Assembly (NCBI GenBank): GCA_012270795.1
Contig: JAAXHO010000056.1
Location: forward strand, 18,486-82,485
Reading direction: 5' to 3'
Length of the DNA stretch: 64,000 nt
From: Candidatus Poribacteria bacterium
GTDB lineage: Bacteria; Poribacteria; WGA-4E; WGA-3G
In this document: positions 29,868-40,556 of the stretch, piece after piece
How the letters are laid out: every line of letters begins with the position of its first letter
How positions within the stretch are numbered: the stretch's first letter is position 1
Notes under the pieces: model-generated
The model's database searches: none
Told to the model about the DNA's origin: nothing
What the model saw: only the letters and a program-made list of their open reading frames with translations
Position numbers and translations under genes: made by a program

Positions 29868-30279
29868 ATGGCAAACGAAACACATAATATTGATATGGAT
29901 AACCTACCTATGCACAGGTATATTACTATGTTACATTTGATTGCAGTTAAGAAATCTAATTTTATTGAAATTAGGGGATTTGTTATGCATAAAAATGGAA
30001 ACTGGATTTCCAATAGCTTATTTAGCCAAGAATGTACTGGGAGGAATCATCAAAGTAATAGAAGATATTAGCAAAGAATGGGATGAAGACATACCTCTCC
30101 CGAACGCATTTGTATTTGACAGGCATGGTAAATTTACATCACATATCTGTGAATACGTATTTGGGGATAGAGACAATCAACCAGACAAACAGGTTGCCGA
30201 TGACTATTTTGAGCGTGTTATATCTTATCCCAGATGGGATGATGTATTAGAAGTGTTTAGACATCTGGCATTTGAATAA
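29868..30279 (+). CDS. Small hypothetical protein, probably one frameshifted gene
   Basis: ORFs 29868-30071 and 29941-30279 overlap at a GGGG run; the C-terminal part has PLPNAFVFDRHG. Confidence 0.4.
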
Positions 30280-30350
30280 TCAATACATAGCAGAAGTCTA
30301 TTTAGTTTTCAATATATTTTTAATGGTTGTTGGTTATTAAATTAATGTTA

Positions 30351-30575
30351 TACCATTTCAAATAAATTATATTCCATTTGCTGTTTTCGTTATATAATCA
30401 GAATTTGTTATACTCGCAATAGTAGTTTTCGTGTATTTACTCAATATTTGGGTAAGTTTTTCCTGCATTTCTTTTAGTGAAGTAACACATTCTCAAACAA
30501 CTTTGCTTTGATGTCTTGCCAAAGTCTTTCTATAGGGTTCAACTCCGGACTATAAGGTGGCAAGTAAAGTCCGAA
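30351..30575 (-). mobile_element. IS630/Tc1-type transposase 3' remnant with its terminal repeat
   Basis: YLPPYSPELNPIERLWQDIK then, after a frameshift, LKEMQEKLTQIL...TANGI* followed by the end TACCATTTC at 30351. Confidence 0.75.
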
Positions 30576-30606
30576 ATAAAGAAAAGGCGCGCAAAAATAG
30601 CGCGCC
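30576..30606 (-). terminator. Rho-independent terminator of the Gfo gene
   Basis: GGCGCG-N9-CGCGCC then TTTTCTTTAT on the minus strand. Confidence 0.7.
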
Positions 30607-30621
30607 CAATAAAAAATGACA

Positions 30622-31575
30622 CTAACCAGCAAGAGAGATAACACCCTTCTTACGCTGCAAAACAGCATCATAGAACCGCATCGTCCCCACACAGTCATGA
30701 ATACTTGCTATAGGTTCACGATCCTCACGAATCGCATGCACAAACTCAGTGAGACTAATACCATCACCTGTCAACTCCCCATTCCGCTCATCAGAAAAGT
30801 TCGACTTAAAGGTATTACCACCACCTGTATAGTGTTCAAAACCCCACAGCCCTTCTAATACGATATATTCATGCTGCCCAGTTATTTCAATGTGGTCATA
30901 ATTGCGCTGCCACAAACGTTGACTTGAGAGTTGCAAAGTTCCAACCGCACCGTTCGTATATTCAACAGCAACAGCAAATGAACCCTGATTGCCAACCTCG
31001 TTGTGAAATACACAAAGTTCATTGACATCCGCACCAGCGATATGCCGTGCTAAATCAAAGTGATGGATAGCAAAATCAAGAAGATATGCTTTCACCGACC
31101 CATACGCACCACTACAGAACGAACAGAAAAGTTGTGTAAGTTGACCAAAAGACTCAGTCTGCATGATACGTCTCGCTTCCCGCACACCCAGACTAAAACG
31201 TCGTTGAAAGTTCACCATCAATGTCTTGCCATGCTTTTCCGCTGCTTCTGCCAAAATAAGCGTTTCTTCAAGAGATGGCGCAGGCGGTTTCGGTGTGAAA
31301 ACATGATAGCCTGCCGCAAGCGTCTCAAGCACCAACGGCTGCCTCGGATCCGGTCCCATACTGATTATTACTGCTTCCAAATCCTCTTTTTCAAACATCT
31401 CATGACGATCTAAGTAATATCTACCCGTACCAAATTTCCCAGCGGCAGCTTTCGCGCGATTCTCATCCGCATCGCAAACCGCTTGTAATGCAACTGGTGC
31501 TAAATGCAACGCAGGGTAGATCGTGTGTCTCGCGAAACCACCAGCACCCAAAAATCCAATTCGCAGAGGTTCCAT
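30622..31575 (-). CDS. Gfo/Idh/MocA family oxidoreductase
   Basis: IGFLGAGG, HVFTPKP, VNFQRRF, DFAIHHFD. Confidence 0.9.
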   Translation of the reverse strand: MEPLRIGFLGAGGFARHTIYPALHLAPVALQAVCDADENRAKAAAGKFGTGRYYLDRHEMFEKEDLEAVIISMGPDPRQPLVLETLAAGYHVFTPKPPAPSLEETLILAEAAEKHGKTLMVNFQRRFSLGVREARRIMQTESFGQLTQLFCSFCSGAYGSVKAYLLDFAIHHFDLARHIAGADVNELCVFHNEVGNQGSFAVAVEYTNGAVGTLQLSSQRLWQRNYDHIEITGQHEYIVLEGLWGFEHYTGGGNTFKSNFSDERNGELTGDGISLTEFVHAIREDREPIASIHDCVGTMRFYDAVLQRKKGVISLAG

Positions 31576-31675
31576 ATATTTTCCTTTATTCGCTTTCAAA
31601 GCGTGTATAATAAAATAAGATTTATACCAAATTTACCATACACACATTTATCTGTAAAGAAAAATCATAAACGAC

Positions 31676-31775
31676 CAGAGGCATTCAATTGTCGAGTTTT
31701 GTTGTAGGAGGGGTTTCTAACTCCGATTTGAGATACACAGCAGCAGAAATCAGGGTTAGAAACCCCTCTAACAAT
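31676..31775. mobile_element. MITE family A, right end degenerate
   Basis: CAGAGGCATTCAATTGTCGA plus a REP pair with the same spacer as 61856. Confidence 0.7.
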
Positions 31776-31872
31776 GATTTTTACTCAACCAATTTGCTGA
31801 AATTCTGTCAAAAGACAACGCGCGCATTTCACAATAAAACTTTATGCCTATCACACTGATAACAAAAATAGC

Positions 31873-33240
31873 ATGCAGAAAAAAAGAGACAATTAACGAC
31901 GTAACTTCGGATTTGCACTACTGCAAGGCACTTTCATGCGAATCAACCTCGCCTTTGTAGACCCAGGCACAGTGCTTTCCGCCTTTGTCCATAAACTCAC
32001 CGAATCTAATCTCTTAGTAGGTTTGACTGGTTCAATGCTGTCAGCCGGTTGGATGTGGCCCCAACTCCTTGTTTCCAATCTGCTGGAACATCGCCAACGT
32101 AAAATGCCATATTACGCATTCGGAATGAGTATCCGTGTGTTTGCATGGTTCGCGATATTCCTTTGCACCATCCGAATTGGCGCGGAAAACCCGTTCATTC
32201 TTGCAGGCTGTTTCTTAGGGTTCTATTTCCTATCTTCATCCGCTATGGGGGTATCCACGTTGCCTTACATGGACATCGTCTCTAAATCCATAGAACCGAA
32301 TCGACGCGCACGCTTCTTCAGTCTACGTCAGCTTTTCGGAGGCTTTTTCGGCATCTGGGTTGGTTTCTTCGTACGCGCAATGCTCGGAAAAGAGGACGAA
32401 TTTACTGGTATACTCGGATGGATAACACTAATATTTAGAACACTCACATTAGATGTCATCAAATTCATCTTCCAAACAGAAATTGAACTCGGATTTCCTT
32501 CCAATTATGCCGTGCTCTTTATCTGTTCGGTGATCGCTGCCTTTTTCTCCTTTATCAGTTTCTTAGGGATACGGGAACCCATTCATCCTGTCAACACAAA
32601 ACGCCAACCAATATGGCAACACCTAAAGCAGGGACCACACTTCTTACGCACAGATAAGAATTATCGACGCTTCATTTTCTTCCGAATCGGCACGCATTTT
32701 TCTGGAATGGCATCTCCGTTTTTTGTCCCGTATGCAATTGATGAATTAGGCGTACCAGAAGCCACCATCGGGTTCTTCATCATAAGTGCCGCGTTGAGTG
32801 GAGTCGTTTCAAACGCTTTTTGGGGATACGTCGGTGAAAAATATGGTGTACGCTGGTTGCTGATTATCACTGCAGGATTGATGGCATTACCACCCATCAT
32901 CGCATTCTATTCTGGCATATTACCAACCACTCTATACGTACCTGCCTACCTGCGAATCTTCACTGTCGGCGGCATATTGGCAAACGGTGTGATGGTCGGA
33001 TTTATGGCATATATGCTAAACATCGCGCCACCCCGCAGCCGACCCAGTTACATTGGGTTCATGAACACAATACTTTTACCTGCAAGCTTTGCACCTGTCA
33101 TAGGCGGGCTCCTCGTACCGAGAATAGGGTATCGGTGGTTATTTGCTATCTGCTTCGGTATCTGTCTTATCGCCTTCCGTTTCGCAATCGGGCTACAGGA
33201 AATCATGCACGAAAATGAAACTGAAGAAGACATAATTTAA
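31873..33240 (+). CDS. MFS transporter with an in-frame TAA at codon 8 (31894); ORF track restarts at 31936
   Basis: About 12 hydrophobic segments; upstream MQKKRDN*RRNFGFALLQGTF is in frame. Confidence 0.75.
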
Positions 33241-33320
33241 GTTCTTATATTGTTATCTAAAATAGACATTATAACGGTTTAATTGTCCATATATTTTAGT
33301 CTCTAATAAATCTAAAATGC

Positions 33321-33508
33321 GTAGGTCGGGTTTCGCTGTGCTCTACCTATAAGTGTAAACTTAAGGAATATATTCCATTGTTGGAGGGGTTTCTAACCCC
33401 GATTAGACAGGTTTTTGCTCAAGAAATCGGGGTTAGAAACCCCTCCAACAAGAGGTTCATTATCTTAAGTTTACACCTATGGGTTTCGCTGTGCTCTACC
33501 CGACCTAC
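33321..33508. mobile_element. MITE (GTGTAAACTTAAG ends, REP-A pair cargo) inserted in a REP-D hairpin
   Basis: TIRs at 33353 and 33476; 20 bp direct repeat GGGTTTCGCTGTGCTCTACC at 33328-47 and 33481-500. Confidence 0.75.
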
Positions 33509-33613
33509 AACCTGAAGTTTGACTGAATAACCTTGCCTATTGTTAAAATGATTTGAGATTAAACCGTTATATGATATACTAACATTTACAAAAGGATTAT
33601 GTCTGCATTGTTA

Positions 33614-33755
33614 TACCATTTCTAATTGACAAATTGCCATAACATATTGTAGGTCGGGTAGAGCTTGCGAAACCCGACACGTTTAGTGCCTGTCGGGTTT
33701 CGCTGTGCTCTACCCGACCTACGAAATAATGTAAGATTATCATATAGAAATGGTA
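33614..33755. mobile_element. MITE family G with a REP-D pair
   Basis: TACCATTTCTA...TAGAAATGGTA flanked by TTA/TTA. Confidence 0.75.
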
Positions 33756-33793
33756 TTATAACATCACAATTAGCATAACTGGAGTCCCTTCTT

Positions 33794-36090
33794 ATGAAAA
33801 ACAGGATATTATTGTTTTCAACCATCCTTATTACAACTTTTTCATTTGTCTTGAATATCTTTGCCCAAGACCACACAAAGTGGAGTTTGCCCGATGGTGC
33901 CAAAACACGTATCGGCAAAGGTTATATAGTGGATATGAAGTATTCGCCAGATGACACTAGACTCGCTGTTGCTACATCTATCGGTATTTGGATATATGAC
34001 ACCAAAACTTTCAAAGAACTCGCTCTATTTAGCGTTAGCAATTCTGCACATTACGGCGATAGGAGTTTCTCTTTCAGTCCGGATGGAAATACACTTGCAA
34101 GTTTTCAGGATAGAGAAGGCATTAAACTGTGGGATGTAAACTCAGGAACATTTAAGCAAATCCCAATAAAAAACCATAATAGTAGTGATCCCATGTTATT
34201 CAGTCCAGATAGACAGACCTATGCAAGTATAAGATTCAATGATATTCATTTATGGGATGTGGTTACAGGCGAGTCCAAACACACCCTCAAAAAGCATAAG
34301 GAAAATTTGAGTAGTTTGTCGTTTAGTCCAGATGGTCAAACGCTTGCAAGTGGCAGTAAAGATCAAACGATCTGTCTTTGGGATGTTGCCACTGGGGAAC
34401 TCAAGAAAACACTAACAGGACATCCAGCACCTGTCACCAAACTTTCGTTCAGTCCGGATGGTAGTACACTTACAAGTGTCAGTGATGACAAGACAATCTT
34501 TTTATGGGATATATCCACAGGAGAACGCAAAAAGACATTCGCCAATCAAGGTTTGATCACCGAACCGCTTGAACCCCAAGAAAAAATTGAAAACTTTTTT
34601 TCAGTCCGGATGGTAGCACACTTGCAACTGTAGGATTCAACAATACGATTCGGTTGTGGGATACTACGACAGGTTCACTCAAGCAAACTTTCACCAGTCC
34701 AGATACAGATATAAATCAAACAGACGATGAAAAAAAGATACAAACCATGCTGTTCAGTCCGGATAAACGTACTGTTATAAGTTTAACTCAAGGCGGCATA
34801 ATCCGCTTATGGGATGTTTCTACTGAACAGCACAAACAACTCATGGGCAATACTGGCTACCCAAATACCATCTGCTTAAGTACTGATGGGAATACACTCG
34901 CTACTGCGGGTTGGGATCATACCATTCACTTGTGGGATCTCACTACGCGCAAACACAAAAAAAGCATTATAGGATATTATCATAGTAATTACGCAGGTTT
35001 TACACGCGATCACACAATTATCTTGCTGAGCCCCGACAGCAGTAAAGTCGCAAGCATTAACCGGAACAACACTATTTACCTATGCGATACAAGTACTGGA
35101 CGGCAACAACCTCTTGTGACAGAAACTCAGAAAGTTATACACTTAAGGGATAACAACATTTTATTTAGTCCAGACAGTGACACCCTCGCAGCCGTGAGTC
35201 CACAAGGTATCATACAATTATGGGATGCAAATACAGGTAAATACAAACACACCCTAAAAACACAAGGTGCAACAAAAACCTCAGTCAATCATCCGATTAC
35301 TATCTACGGTACTTCCTTCAGTCCTGATAGTCGCACGCTTGCCAATGTGAGTATCGACCATAACATCCATTTATGGAATACCACAACAGGAAGGCTTAAA
35401 AGTACACTCAAAGGGCATAAGAATAAGGTCAACTGTGTCTCGTTTAGTTCAGATGGAAAGACACTTGTAAGTGAGAGTCAAGACAGAACTTTACGCTTAT
35501 GGGATGTTGCCACAGGTAAACACAAGCAGACTATTTCAAACCAAGTTCAGTCAGTCAATCGAAAATCTTTTTCTGTCTCTATTACAACTTTCAGTTTAGA
35601 TAATGCAACACTTGCAAGTAGCAATCAGGATGGTTCCATCTACTTGTGGGATGTTGCCACAGCAAAACGAAAAGCAACATTCAAAGGGCATGCAGATGCT
35701 ATCTCCAGTATCACTTTCAGTCCAGATGGACTCACTTTCGCAAGCACGAGTGTGGACGGTTCAATCCGTTTGTGGGATGTTGGAACAGGACAACAAAAGC
35801 AGGCAATTGCTGGATATAAGAAAACCAAATGGTGCGTATTTTTCTATCCTAATGGTTTGGTGTTGGCAAGCTGGGCAGTAAATGGGTTTGCCAGTATTGG
35901 ACAGGAAAATGTCCAGTTGTGGGATTTAGCAACTGGTGAACTTAAAAAAGAACTGAGCGGACATGCTCGCAATGTTTCTTCACTATCTTTCAGTGCTGAT
36001 GGAAAAACTCTCGTGAGTGGGAGTGATGACGGAACTGTGCTTGTGTGGGATATGCCTTCTATAATTAACACTTTTGATTCCTCAGAATAG
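33794..36090 (+). CDS. Secreted WD40-repeat protein 1, split by a T7 run at 34595-34601
   Basis: Signal peptide, WSLPDGAKTRIGKG, many FSPDG..LAS..D..I.LWD repeats; one more T restores FFFSPDGSTLAT. Confidence 0.85.
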
Positions 36091-36165
36091 TATGTGTATT
36101 ACAAAAAATAGCATTTTCAATTTGCGTAAAGTGTAGATATAAAAATTTGTCCATCTCATAAATAA

Positions 36166-36319
36166 TACCATTTCTAATTAACAATGTCTCATTAGTTGTG
36201 GAGAACTGGTAGGAGCGACCTCCCGGTCGCGACCAGGAGGTCGTTCCTACCGAAGAGAGACATCCAACCAGCGAAAAAAGTGAAATTCCTTAATGGGACA
36301 ATATTAATTAGAATTGGTA
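36166..36319. mobile_element. MITE family G with a REP-C pair
   Basis: TAA/TAA duplication; reverse-complement homologue of 55984-56207. Confidence 0.8.
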
Positions 36320-36344
36320 TAAAGTGCTATAAGGAGATAATTAG

Positions 36345-38303
36345 ATGAAAATGAGGAAGCGTTCAATTTATTTAATTCTGGCAGCCGTTTTTGCTATTCT
36401 AATTCTGAGTATTGTTATAACACGATTTCAAGGTGGAACAATCCTTCACCGATTTTCACAAAGTGATACAATTCTTCATGAATCACCGCAACTGCATCTG
36501 CCCGATGGAGTGAAAGCACGTTTCGGGAAAGGTGGAATAATTCAGATAGCGTATTCACCTGACGGTGCTATGTTAGCAGTCGTGACTAAAATTGGCATTT
36601 GGCTCTATGATATTGACAATACTGAAAACTTTTCACTGTTAATGCCCCACACAACCAGAATCAAATGTATAACGTTCAGTCCAGATGGAAAAACACTCGC
36701 AAGCGGAAGTGAAAACAAAATCATTCGCTTATGGGATGTTAATACAGGTACACAAAAGCAAGCCTTTATAGGACATAATGCAGAAATCTTTGATCTGGCA
36801 TTCAGTCCGAATGGGAAAACACTCGCAAGCGTGAGCATGCATGAGATCAACTTGTGGGATATTATCACAGGCACGCATAAACAAACATTCAATCGGGGTT
36901 CATTCTATAACTCTTGTATGTCATTCAACACAAATGGATTGACGATTGCAAGTGTGAACCGAAGTATAAACGATGATGACACTATTCAACTGTCCGACGT
37001 TTTCACAGGACAGCAGAAGAACATACTCAAAGGACATGAAGAATCTATTAGGGAGCTATCTTTCAGTCCAGATGGAGAAATCTTAGCGAGTGCAGGGCTG
37101 GACAATATAATTTACTTATGGAATGTCAACACTGGAGAACATAAGAAATTACTTGATGGACACAAATCTATTATTGGAAGCATGGTGTTTAGTCCAGATG
37201 GAAGAACGCTCGCTACTGGAAGTTGGGACGACACCATTCGACTATGGAATGTTAACACAGGGAAGCACAAGAAAACACTCAAAGGGCATAAGTCTTCTGT
37301 CTATCATTTATCTTTCAGTCCAGATGGGAAAACGCTCGCAAGTGGCGCAACCGACGGTACCATTCGTTTGTGGGATGTCAACACAGGAAAACATCAGATA
37401 GCAACCACAGGACATATTCAGAGTGTCGATAATATATGGTTTAACCCGGCTGGAGAAACTCTTGCCAGTAGGAGTTTTGGAGAGTTACACTTGTGGGATG
37501 TCAATACTGGGAAACACAAGAGAACCCTTGAAGGACATAAGAACGGGATTGCCAGCTTTTCATTTAGTCCGGATGGGAAAATGTTCGCTACTGGAGGTGG
37601 CGACAAAACAATATGCCTGTGGGACACAAATTCAGGGAAGTCCAAGAAAATCCTCAAAGGACATACGGATAGGATCTATAATTTATCGTTCAGTCCAAAT
37701 GGAAAGATTCTTGTTAGTTTGAGTAGTGACAAAACAATCCGACTATGGGATGTAGACACAGGCACACATAAGCAAACGCTAACGGGACATACAGATGAAA
37801 TCAGGAAGGTAATATTTAGTCCGGCTGGACAGACGCTTGCCAGTGCTGGGACAGAGGACAACACCATCCGGTTGTGGAATGTCAAAACGGGACAGAATAC
37901 ACAAATTTCTACAGGAGTTAAAAATAGTCTCTTAAGCTTCATGAGCTTCATGTTTAGTCCAGATGGTCAGACACTCGCGAATTCCTATCGGACAGATGTT
38001 CAATTGTGGGATGCTGCCACGGGAGAACAAAAGAAAACACTTAAAGGGCATACACGTTCTATTGACAATATAGCATTAAGTTCGGATGGGCGCACTCTGG
38101 TAAGTGCTGGTTGGGATCGGACCATCCGACTATGGGATGTTGATACAGGTACACATAAGAAAACTCTTAAAGGACACATGGCTCATGTTGAGGATACAGC
38201 GTTTAGTCCTGATGGAAAAACCCTCGCAAGTGCAAGTTTTGATGGCACAGTGCTACTATGGGACATCGCATCCATAATGAACGAAACAGATAATGCAAAG
38301 TAA
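36345..38303 (+). CDS. WD40-repeat protein 2 with N-terminal anchor
   Basis: LHLPDGVKARFGKG and about 13 WD repeats. Confidence 0.92.
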   Translation: MKMRKRSIYLILAAVFAILILSIVITRFQGGTILHRFSQSDTILHESPQLHLPDGVKARFGKGGIIQIAYSPDGAMLAVVTKIGIWLYDIDNTENFSLLMPHTTRIKCITFSPDGKTLASGSENKIIRLWDVNTGTQKQAFIGHNAEIFDLAFSPNGKTLASVSMHEINLWDIITGTHKQTFNRGSFYNSCMSFNTNGLTIASVNRSINDDDTIQLSDVFTGQQKNILKGHEESIRELSFSPDGEILASAGLDNIIYLWNVNTGEHKKLLDGHKSIIGSMVFSPDGRTLATGSWDDTIRLWNVNTGKHKKTLKGHKSSVYHLSFSPDGKTLASGATDGTIRLWDVNTGKHQIATTGHIQSVDNIWFNPAGETLASRSFGELHLWDVNTGKHKRTLEGHKNGIASFSFSPDGKMFATGGGDKTICLWDTNSGKSKKILKGHTDRIYNLSFSPNGKILVSLSSDKTIRLWDVDTGTHKQTLTGHTDEIRKVIFSPAGQTLASAGTEDNTIRLWNVKTGQNTQISTGVKNSLLSFMSFMFSPDGQTLANSYRTDVQLWDAATGEQKKTLKGHTRSIDNIALSSDGRTLVSAGWDRTIRLWDVDTGTHKKTLKGHMAHVEDTAFSPDGKTLASASFDGTVLLWDIASIMNETDNAK

Positions 38304-38346
38304 TATCACCTGACTTGAGATGATATTTCAATAGGAGTACCCTTAG

Positions 38347-40350
38347 ATGAAAAAAACGTTGTTTTCTATTTTCTGGCTGTTGCTTATTGTTTTCATGCAT
38401 TGCCTACCGTATGCCTCTGCCCAAGACTACACGCAATGGAGTTTGCCCGATGGAGCTAAGTTGCGTCTTGGTAAAGGAGATATAGAGGATATGCAGTACT
38501 CCCCAAATGGCACTATGTTAGCAATATCCGGTTCAATAGGCATCTGGCTTTATGATGCACAAACCTTACAAGAGATTGCACTGCTAACAGAAAAGAAAGA
38601 ACTAAATGTACGCACGTATAATAGCATAGCGTTTAGTCCAAATGGTGAGACGCTGGTAAGTGCATGTAATTCAGCAAGGTTTGGTATGGGTATAAGACTT
38701 TGGGATGTTCCCGATAAAAAGATTAGAAAGAAATATCAAAAAAATGTCTCTGCTTATTATTATATAGTCTTGTATAGTCCGGATGGGAATACAATCACAG
38801 GTGTAAGTTATAATAAAATTCAGTTTTGGGATGCTCAATCAGGCACTGAAAAAGAAACCGAGATAGAACATCAGGACGGTTTCTCTTGTATGACCTTCAG
38901 TCCCAATAGCAAAACAATCGCAACGGGTAATAAAACTGGAGAGATACACCTATGGGATGTCAATACAGGTAAAGAAAAACAGAAACTCACCGGACACAAG
39001 AAAAAAGTATTCAGTGTGGCATTCAGTCCTGATGGGAAGACCGTAGCAAGCGGAAGCGAAGACCATACTATCCGTTTCTGGAATGCTGAAATTGGAAAAC
39101 AGATGAGCATCCTGAAAGGACATACAGGATCGGTCTATAGTATCTCATTCAGTCCAAATGGAAAAACAATCGCAAGTGGAAGCAATGACAAAACTATTCG
39201 CCTATGGGATACAACAACAGCAAAACAGATGAAACTTTTGAACTTTGAAGATCATGTTGGTCATGTTGCGTTTAGTCCAGATGGGAAAACTTTAGCAAGT
39301 GCCAATTCACATCACATAATCCGCTTGTGGGACGTTAAATCAGGAAAACAGATCAATTTGACGAAAGGACATGGTCACTATGTTAGAGGTATCTTTTATA
39401 GTCCCGATGGTAAAACAATCGCAAGTACGAGTACCGATAACACGATTCGTTTGTGGGATGCAGGAACTGGACGACACAAAAAAGACCTTACGAATCAGCG
39501 TCTGTTTGATCCACAAACTAAGCGAAACTTCTATGTTGAAAATATCGCATTTAGTCCCGATGGAAAAAAACTTGTCAGCTCAACTGGAATTTTGGCAAAA
39601 GATGCGTATTTGACCGATGATTTTGGCGAAAAAAATGGGAAAAAAGATATTTACTTATGGGATACTGAAACTGGTAAATTGGTGAAAATCCTAAAAAAAT
39701 ATATAGGATACGTTGAAAGTGTTGCATTTAGCCCGGACGGAAAAATCCTTGCAACTGGCGGTGCGAATAATACTATCTACTTCTGGGATATGACGACACT
39801 AAATCATGCAAAAACACTTACAGGACATACCGAACCCGTTACAAGTTTATCTTTTAGTCCAAATGGGAAGTTACTTGCAAGTGGTAGTCAGAACGGTAGT
39901 ATACGGATTTGGAACGCAACAAGCGGTGAATTCAGGCAAACACTTACAGGTCATACGCATGAAATAGACAACCTCTCCTTCAGTTTGGATGAAAGAACAC
40001 TTGCGAGTACAAGCCAGGACAATACACTCCGTTTATGGAACTTAGACACAAATGAACAAGAACACGCACTGACTGGGATATATCAAACAGACTGGAATGT
40101 TATGTTTACTCCAAATGGGAAAACGCTTGCTTGTGAAAGTAATCCACATGGCATGATCCCAAGTCTTTTTAAGAGTATTCGTCTATGGGATGTTGTCAAT
40201 GGTGAACAAATGAAGATATACAGAGGGGCATTCACGATCCTGGATGTAATATTTAGTCCCAATGGAAGCACTATCGGAAGCGGTGGTTTAGATAGCACAA
40301 TACTTTTGTGGGATATTTCTTCTATAAATAACACACCTAAAAGAAAATAA
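38347..40350 (+). CDS. WD40-repeat protein 3
   Basis: Signal peptide, QWSLPDGAKLRLGKG, WD repeats. Confidence 0.92.
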   Translation: MKKTLFSIFWLLLIVFMHCLPYASAQDYTQWSLPDGAKLRLGKGDIEDMQYSPNGTMLAISGSIGIWLYDAQTLQEIALLTEKKELNVRTYNSIAFSPNGETLVSACNSARFGMGIRLWDVPDKKIRKKYQKNVSAYYYIVLYSPDGNTITGVSYNKIQFWDAQSGTEKETEIEHQDGFSCMTFSPNSKTIATGNKTGEIHLWDVNTGKEKQKLTGHKKKVFSVAFSPDGKTVASGSEDHTIRFWNAEIGKQMSILKGHTGSVYSISFSPNGKTIASGSNDKTIRLWDTTTAKQMKLLNFEDHVGHVAFSPDGKTLASANSHHIIRLWDVKSGKQINLTKGHGHYVRGIFYSPDGKTIASTSTDNTIRLWDAGTGRHKKDLTNQRLFDPQTKRNFYVENIAFSPDGKKLVSSTGILAKDAYLTDDFGEKNGKKDIYLWDTETGKLVKILKKYIGYVESVAFSPDGKILATGGANNTIYFWDMTTLNHAKTLTGHTEPVTSLSFSPNGKLLASGSQNGSIRIWNATSGEFRQTLTGHTHEIDNLSFSLDERTLASTSQDNTLRLWNLDTNEQEHALTGIYQTDWNVMFTPNGKTLACESNPHGMIPSLFKSIRLWDVVNGEQMKIYRGAFTILDVIFSPNGSTIGSGGLDSTILLWDISSINNTPKRK

Positions 40351-40420
40351 TAATACCGATCTGTAAGTCGTAAATAGGCAGGAAATGTATAGTAAAGCGT
40401 ATAATTACTTGGACATTTCT

Positions 40421-40444
40421 GTAGCACAACCTGTTAGGTTGTGC
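40421..40444 (+). repeat. REP family E hairpin
   Basis: GTAGCACAACCTGTTAGGTTGTGC; pair at 51259-51314. Confidence 0.65.
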
Positions 40445-40556
40445 AGAAACGGAACACACGCAGTCCGTTAGGTTTGCTAAACGCATAGATTAAAGTGTTC
40501 AGGTAATTCTAAAATTTACTATAACTGTGATGGTATAGGCAAAAGGAGATTATCAC

